From NCBI GenBank assembly GCA_965219685.1, contig CBDCOH010000002.1:4128001-4192000 (forward strand): 64,000 bases of DNA, given 5' to 3'. Positions 57,940 to 64,000 of the stretch are shown here, in pieces (position 1 is the stretch's first letter; each line of letters opens with the position of its first letter). The notes beneath the pieces were generated by a model that saw nothing but the letters and a program-made list of their open reading frames with translations, was not told the origin of the DNA and ran no database searches. The position numbers and the translations under genes were made by a program. This stretch comes from Candidatus Spongiisociaceae bacterium. GTDB lineage: Bacteria > Actinomycetota > Acidimicrobiia > Spongiisociales > Spongiisociaceae.

Positions 57940-59375
57940 CCAGCCCGCTGATCGTCGCCGGCCTCGGACCGGGAACGCTGGACCGGACACCGGCCGGCAT
58001 CATGGAGGTGGTTCTCGACCCCTGCTATCAGGTGATCCTCCGGACCGGGCGCCATCCGGCCGCGGCACAACTGATGGAGCGCAGGGATGTGACAGCCTGC
58101 GACGATCTCTACGAATCGGCGGAGACATTCGAGGAGGTATACGAGTCCATCGTGGCCCGGGTGCTGGAGATGTCGGGGACAGGCCCTGTGGTCTACGCGG
58201 TTCCCGGCAGCCCTCTGTACGGCGAGAGATCGGTCGCCCTACTGCGGGCCCGCTGCCGGGAGCTGGGCAGATCGGTGGAGGTGCTCCGGGCGCCTTCCTT
58301 CCTCGACGAGGTGTTCGCCGCCCTGGAGAGGGACCCCACCGAGACCGGGTTCACCCTCCTGGACGGCCGCGACCTGCCGGATCCTCTGCTGCTCCACCTG
58401 CCGACCGTGGTGTTCCAAGTCGATACCGAGATTGTGATCGACGACGTGTTGGGACGCTTCCGCCGCACCCTCCCAGCCGATACGCCCATCACCGTGCTCT
58501 CGGAACTCGCCACGCCCGGCGCCACGGTGATGACCTACCCCATCGGCGAGGTCCCGGCCGGGCTGGCCGGTCTGAGGACCACCCTGTTCCTGGATCCACC
58601 CGGCACCGGCTTGGTGGGGGCGATCAAGGCGATGCGGCGCCTGAGGGTGGAATGCCCCTGGGATCGCCGCCAGACCCACGACTCTCTCATGCCCTTTGCG
58701 GTCGAGGAGACGTTCGAGTTGCTCGACGCCGTCGGCCACCTTCCCCCCGGGTCGCCCGATGTGGAGGAACCCGACTACGTGGCCTACACCGACGTGGAGG
58801 AGGAACTCGGCGACCTGCTGCTACAGGTGATCTTCCACTCGAACCTGGCATCCGAGGTGGGGGCCTTCGACGTCGAGGACGTCGGGGAGACCCTGCTGCG
58901 CAAGCTGGTGCATCGACATCCCCACGTATTCGGGGATGTCGAGGTCGAGGGCGCCGAGCAGGTGGTGGCCAACTGGCGGGCCATCAAGGCGGCCGCCAAG
59001 CCCCGCGAGTCCCTGATGGACGGCGTTCCCGGATCCCTGCCCGGCCTGGACCGGGCGATCAAGGTGCAGCGCCGGGCCGCCCGGGTGGGATTCGACTGGC
59101 CCGACGCCCGGTCCGTGGTGGGCGACGTGGAGGAGGAACTGGAGGAACTGGTCGAGGTGATCGACCGGCCGGAAGCCGCCGACGAACTCGGCGACCTCCT
59201 CTTCGCGGTCGCCAACCTGGCCCGCCATCTCGAGGTCGAGCCCGAGATCGCCCTCCGGAGAGCCGTCGACCGCTTCGAGCGCCGCTTCCGCCGCATGGAG
59301 GAACTCGACGACCTCGAGTCCGCCGATCTCGCTCGTCTCGACGCCCTATGGGAGCAGGCCAAGAGCGAGGAGTGA
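57936..59375 (+). CDS. mazG: Tetrapyrrole-methylase-like / MazG pyrophosphohydrolase fusion (YabN-like), probable CTG start
   Basis: 'IVAGLGPG', 'YAVPGSP', 'CPWDRRQTHDSL', 'EELGDLL', 'GFDW'. Confidence 0.9.
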   Translation: MTSPLIVAGLGPGTLDRTPAGIMEVVLDPCYQVILRTGRHPAAAQLMERRDVTACDDLYESAETFEEVYESIVARVLEMSGTGPVVYAVPGSPLYGERSVALLRARCRELGRSVEVLRAPSFLDEVFAALERDPTETGFTLLDGRDLPDPLLLHLPTVVFQVDTEIVIDDVLGRFRRTLPADTPITVLSELATPGATVMTYPIGEVPAGLAGLRTTLFLDPPGTGLVGAIKAMRRLRVECPWDRRQTHDSLMPFAVEETFELLDAVGHLPPGSPDVEEPDYVAYTDVEEELGDLLLQVIFHSNLASEVGAFDVEDVGETLLRKLVHRHPHVFGDVEVEGAEQVVANWRAIKAAAKPRESLMDGVPGSLPGLDRAIKVQRRAARVGFDWPDARSVVGDVEEELEELVEVIDRPEAADELGDLLFAVANLARHLEVEPEIALRRAVDRFERRFRRMEELDDLESADLARLDALWEQAKSEE

Positions 59376-59485
59376 CGGGCAGGCCGCCGTTGCAACTGAA
59401 CGGTCTCCCGCCCCACTCCCGGGACACGACTCCGGAGGATCTACGGCGGCCTGACGCTTCGCTCGACCCCTGTCCCCCACCTTGA

Positions 59486-60876
<1,391 letters not shown>

Positions 60877-60877
<1 letters not shown>

Positions 60878-61278
60878 TGGTGGCAGCGCGAAGGCGCCGT
60901 GGACTCTTGATCCCCCTGTTCTTGGTGGTGCTGCTGCTCGTGGCCGCCGTGGACGTGTTCCCGGTGCGCCAACTCATATCCCAGAACCGGGAGCGGCAGG
61001 TGGTAGAGGCCCGGTTGGCCGAGATCCAGGCTGAGAACGCCCAGTTGGAACGCGAGATCGAGGCTCTCCACAGCCCGTCAGCGATCGAACGCATCGCTAG
61101 AGCCGACTTCGGGTACGTACGCCCGGGGGAGGTCAGCTACGTGGTGTTCGAGCCCCCAGAGGAGGGGACGGAGGAGTCCGGAATGGTGGAGACCGCAACG
61201 GTCCCGGTCCCCGAGTCCGGCGGGTTCTGGGAGGCCGTGTGGGACTACGTGACCGGCCGGGATGTCGTCGTTGAATGA
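60877..61278 (+). CDS. Septum formation initiator (DivIC/FtsB)
   Basis: TM helix + coiled coil + 'IERIAR..GYVRPGE'; follows eno. Confidence 0.9.
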
Positions 61279-61804
61279 CCGCGACCTGGTCGCGGTACAG
61301 ATAGGCCGTCCTTCGAGAGCCCCGATCGCGACCCTTTCCCGCTGCCATCTCTCCCTTCCGGTAGTGGTCCGGGTCCCCCCGGTGCTCGAGGACGGAACCC
61401 CGTTCCCTACCCTCTACTGGCTCACGTGCCCTCTGGCGGTGAAGCGGGTGAGCCGCCTCGAGAGCGGGGGAGGGGTCAAGTCGATGGAGCGCCGGGCCGC
61501 CCAGGTCCCCGAGTTCGGAGCCGCACTGGATGCCGCCCATGCCTGCTACGAGGCACAGCGGGATAAGCTGCTGCCGCCCGGCGCCGACCCGCGGCCCACC
61601 GGGGGAGTGGCCGGTGCCCGGCGAGGCGTCAAGTGTCTCCACGCCCACTACGCCGACACCCGAGCGGGCAACGCCAACCCGGTCGGCGAGCTGGTGGCCC
61701 CGTGGGTCGAGCCTCTGGACTGCGCCGTTCCCTGCATCGTCGAGCACAAGGGGCGGCCCACCCGCAACCCGCAGTGGACGGAGCCACGTCGGCGCCGGTC
61801 GTAG
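61262..61804 (+). CDS. DUF501 domain protein
   Basis: 'GTPFPTLYWLTCP', 'VKCLHAH', 'NPVG'. Confidence 0.92.
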   Translation: MSSLNDRDLVAVQIGRPSRAPIATLSRCHLSLPVVVRVPPVLEDGTPFPTLYWLTCPLAVKRVSRLESGGGVKSMERRAAQVPEFGAALDAAHACYEAQRDKLLPPGADPRPTGGVAGARRGVKCLHAHYADTRAGNANPVGELVAPWVEPLDCAVPCIVEHKGRPTRNPQWTEPRRRRS

Positions 61805-61849
61805 ATACCTATTGCCGAGCGCCGGACCCCCCGCGAGAATGGACCGACA

Positions 61850-61934
61850 GCCCGGGTGACGGAATTGGTAGTCGTGGCGGACTTAAACTCCGCTGCCCCT
61901 TAGGGGCGTGTGGGTTCGAATCCCACCCCGGGTA
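61850..61934 (+). tRNA. tRNA-Leu(UAA), long variable arm, CCA not encoded
   Basis: Acceptor GCCCGGG/CCCGGGT, anticodon arm GCGGA-CTTAAAC-TCCGC, T arm GTGGG-TTCGAAT-CCCAC. Confidence 0.95.
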
Positions 61935-62544
61935 CGCCGGTCTCGCAACGTCCCTGGTTGTTTCCAGATGGTTCTCGCATCACCCATCTCACCACCCGAG
62001 GGCGTCCGTTGGGCGAAGCCCGTCTAGCGATCGGTAGGTGTGACCGCGCCGAGATGCCGACGTGGCCGGGCCGACCTCCGCACCAATCAGCTGTCATCAT
62101 GCTGGGTCTGCACACTCCGCCCGTAGCTCTGAACCGGGTCGGATAGTCCGTTAACCGGGTTCGGAGTCCTCTTAGGGGAGGGTACGTGGCTAGCGCGGAT
62201 TTTCCGTTTGTAGGGTCGTCCTAAAGGAAATGTCCAGGACCACCCTACGGCTGTCCGTCGGCCTGCCGGCGGATCCTGTGTCAATCAGCCGGGTAGCCGT
62301 GTCCTCTTGTCAACACCGTATAGGGCAAGTGTGATCGGATGTGAGCGGCGGGGCGGGGCAGAGCCCGACGGTTGGCAGCCTCAACTGCCCGGCGACCCAC
62401 CAATCCTCCCGGTGCGCTTGTTCTGAGCAGATCCGAAGGAGCCAGACGCCGCTGCTTCTTCCGTTTGTTATGCGACACTGCTGCTGCCTGTCAAGGCCGG
62501 TCGAATACTGCGCGGTCTAGTGGGTGAGTTGGTGGATGCCTCCT

Positions 62545-62640
62545 TCGTTTGCCTCTGAGTCGGTAGCCTTGGCCTCGAGGACGATGACTTGCGTGGTGGA
62601 CGAGGCGGTCGACCATGGCTGCGACGGTGGCCGATTTGTC
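62545..62640. mobile_element. Possible IS21-like end remnant
   Basis: '..VVDEAVDHG..' reading resembles sequence recalled from IS21-family ends; weak. Confidence 0.3.
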
Positions 62641-63323
62641 GTTCAGTCATCCGACCCCGTGATCGGATTTGATTCGGCGTATGCCTCTGTACCGGCGCCC
62701 GGTTGGTGGGTGTCCGATGGCTGCTATTCGGGTGCTCTCCGAACGGAGTGTGCACTACATCGAACGAAGATGGAGGCCCGGCAGACGGAGCGATCTCGGG
62801 TATTGCGGGTACGGGCCGGATGCCTGTATTACCCGACCAGTCCGAAGCCGGGCTACCAGGGGTGACGGGACCCATTTGACCAGCTTCCCACCGGTCGGGG
62901 ACCCTCGGTATTGTCCGGTGATCGTGGGCGGGGGAGTCTGACGGTCCGAACGGTGAGCGGGATTTGTGTCGGTGTCTTCCAGGGGGAGGCATTCGTGTGG
63001 GGTCTGTGTGGACGGCTCCGTTGTCTGCGCTTCACCGAGCGTCTGCTGCTCCAACAAACTGCCTCCAACGGCCTGGACGGAAGGGGTCGGCTCAGAACAG
63101 CGGGGAGTGCCTCAATCAGTGAGAATGTTCTGCCGAGCTTGTAGGTCCCGGCGTATCGGTTCTGCTCTGGCGGACTCCTACCCCGCAGCAGATCCCCCTA
63201 CTCCCCCCACTCCCGAAGAGCCAACAAGTCACAACATACCTGTCGGAGTTTACAATAATATCACATATTTAGCAGAGTATCTTATGGCTAACTTACGCTC
63301 AGACGGGTAGAATGGGTGAACTC

Positions 63324-63389
63324 TCGGGCACCTATCTGGACTGTTCTCGACACCGGCGCGGGTATGGATCTAAACAGATAGGTGCCCGA
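63324..63389. repeat. 66-bp element with perfect 15-bp inverted repeats
   Basis: TCGGGCACCTATCTG (63324-63338) / CAGATAGGTGCCCGA (63375-63389). Confidence 0.75.
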
Positions 63390-63474
63390 CGCCACGAGCT
63401 CGATTAAGCCTGGATCCACCGATCCGGCTGGTGGGCGGCGGGTTGGTTCTGGTTGTGCTCGGTATGGAGTGGGT

Positions 63475-63570
63475 TCAGCAGAGTTGGGGAAGAGAGCGGA
63501 GGTTACCGAGGGTGGTCAGGTAGATGTTGGCCCAGGCCCAGCGGGTGGGTAGGCGAAGGATGTGCCGAAG
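63475..63570 (-). pseudogene. IS1380-like transposase C-terminal remnant
   Basis: RHILRLPTRWAWANIYLTTLGNLRSLPQLC* resembles the 'LHLPxxWPW' C-terminus. Confidence 0.55.
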
Positions 63571-63744
63571 AGGCGGGTGCGGCCTACGATTAGGCGGAGT
63601 TTCATTCTCTCGATGTCCTCGACCGTCTTCTGTCGCCCGCTGGTTCACCGAAGGCTGGACTCTGGTTCGGCGGGAACTGCATCGCCGCCCCCTAGATCAG
63701 CGTCCCCCGATATATGAGCCGGATCTGTTCCGAGCCCGCTTCAC

Positions 63745-64000
63745 GTTTTCCTGCGGCGGAGGATCATCTCAGCTCCACCCACCAGGACCTGGGGCGGCTG
63801 TTCGATGCTCATCCACGGCTGCGAACCGCCTGAGACGCGCTCCGGGAACACTACCAGTTCTACGAAGCCGAAGACCTCGAGGGCGCCAACCAAGCGCTGG
63901 GACGGTTCGCCGACTTCTTCGCTACAGGCCAGATCCCCGAATACCACCAAGTGACACCATCATCGCGTGGGGAGAAGAGATCCTGGCCTACCACAGCAGC
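63745..64000 (+). pseudogene. ISL3-like transposase fragment with internal stop and frameshift
   Basis: DHLS..LFDAHPRLRTA*DALREHYQFYE..IPEY then (shifted frame) IIAWGEEILAYH. Confidence 0.6.

Noticed and set aside
61850-61934. bldA-style TTA regulation
   Set aside because: TTA codons occur in ordinary genes (563, 5718, 41922); no evidence of regulatory use
62281-63310. Short ORFs downstream of the tRNA as real genes
   Set aside because: No recognisable motifs, codon bias or clear RBS
63831-63833. Second selenocysteine codon
   Set aside because: The TGA is in a frameshifted transposase relic at a probable Trp position

Overview
High-GC chromosomal segment that looks actinobacterial (possibly Acidimicrobiia; inferred from gene content, leaderless promoters and rplY-pth / mfd-mazG-eno-divIC-DUF501-tRNA-Leu synteny). 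About 1-29 kb is an accessory catabolic region: a three-subunit Mo-hydroxylase, a maleate-isomerase-like protein, isochorismatase, cyclic amidohydrolase, two LLM oxidoreductases, two MmgE/PrpD proteins, VOC proteins, a cupin and a lone PLD-nuclease/P-loop NTPase. About 29-47 kb holds molybdate and glycine-betaine-type ABC transport, a rhodanese, a homocysteine methyltransferase and purine salvage. About 47-62 kb is core housekeeping, and decayed IS fragments follow the tRNA-Leu(UAA). Features missed by the ORF track: (1) a UGA-recoded selenocysteine peroxiredoxin with a SECIS-like hairpin; (2) a SAM-II-type riboswitch followed by a terminator-like hairpin; (3) a candidate Cys leader-peptide attenuator; (4) probable ATT and CTG start codons; (5) a pervasive family of intergenic 7-bp tandem arrays with shared non-repetitive cores and terminal motifs, which may be an undescribed repeat or mobile-element system. 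All calls come from reading motifs by eye; no database searches were run.
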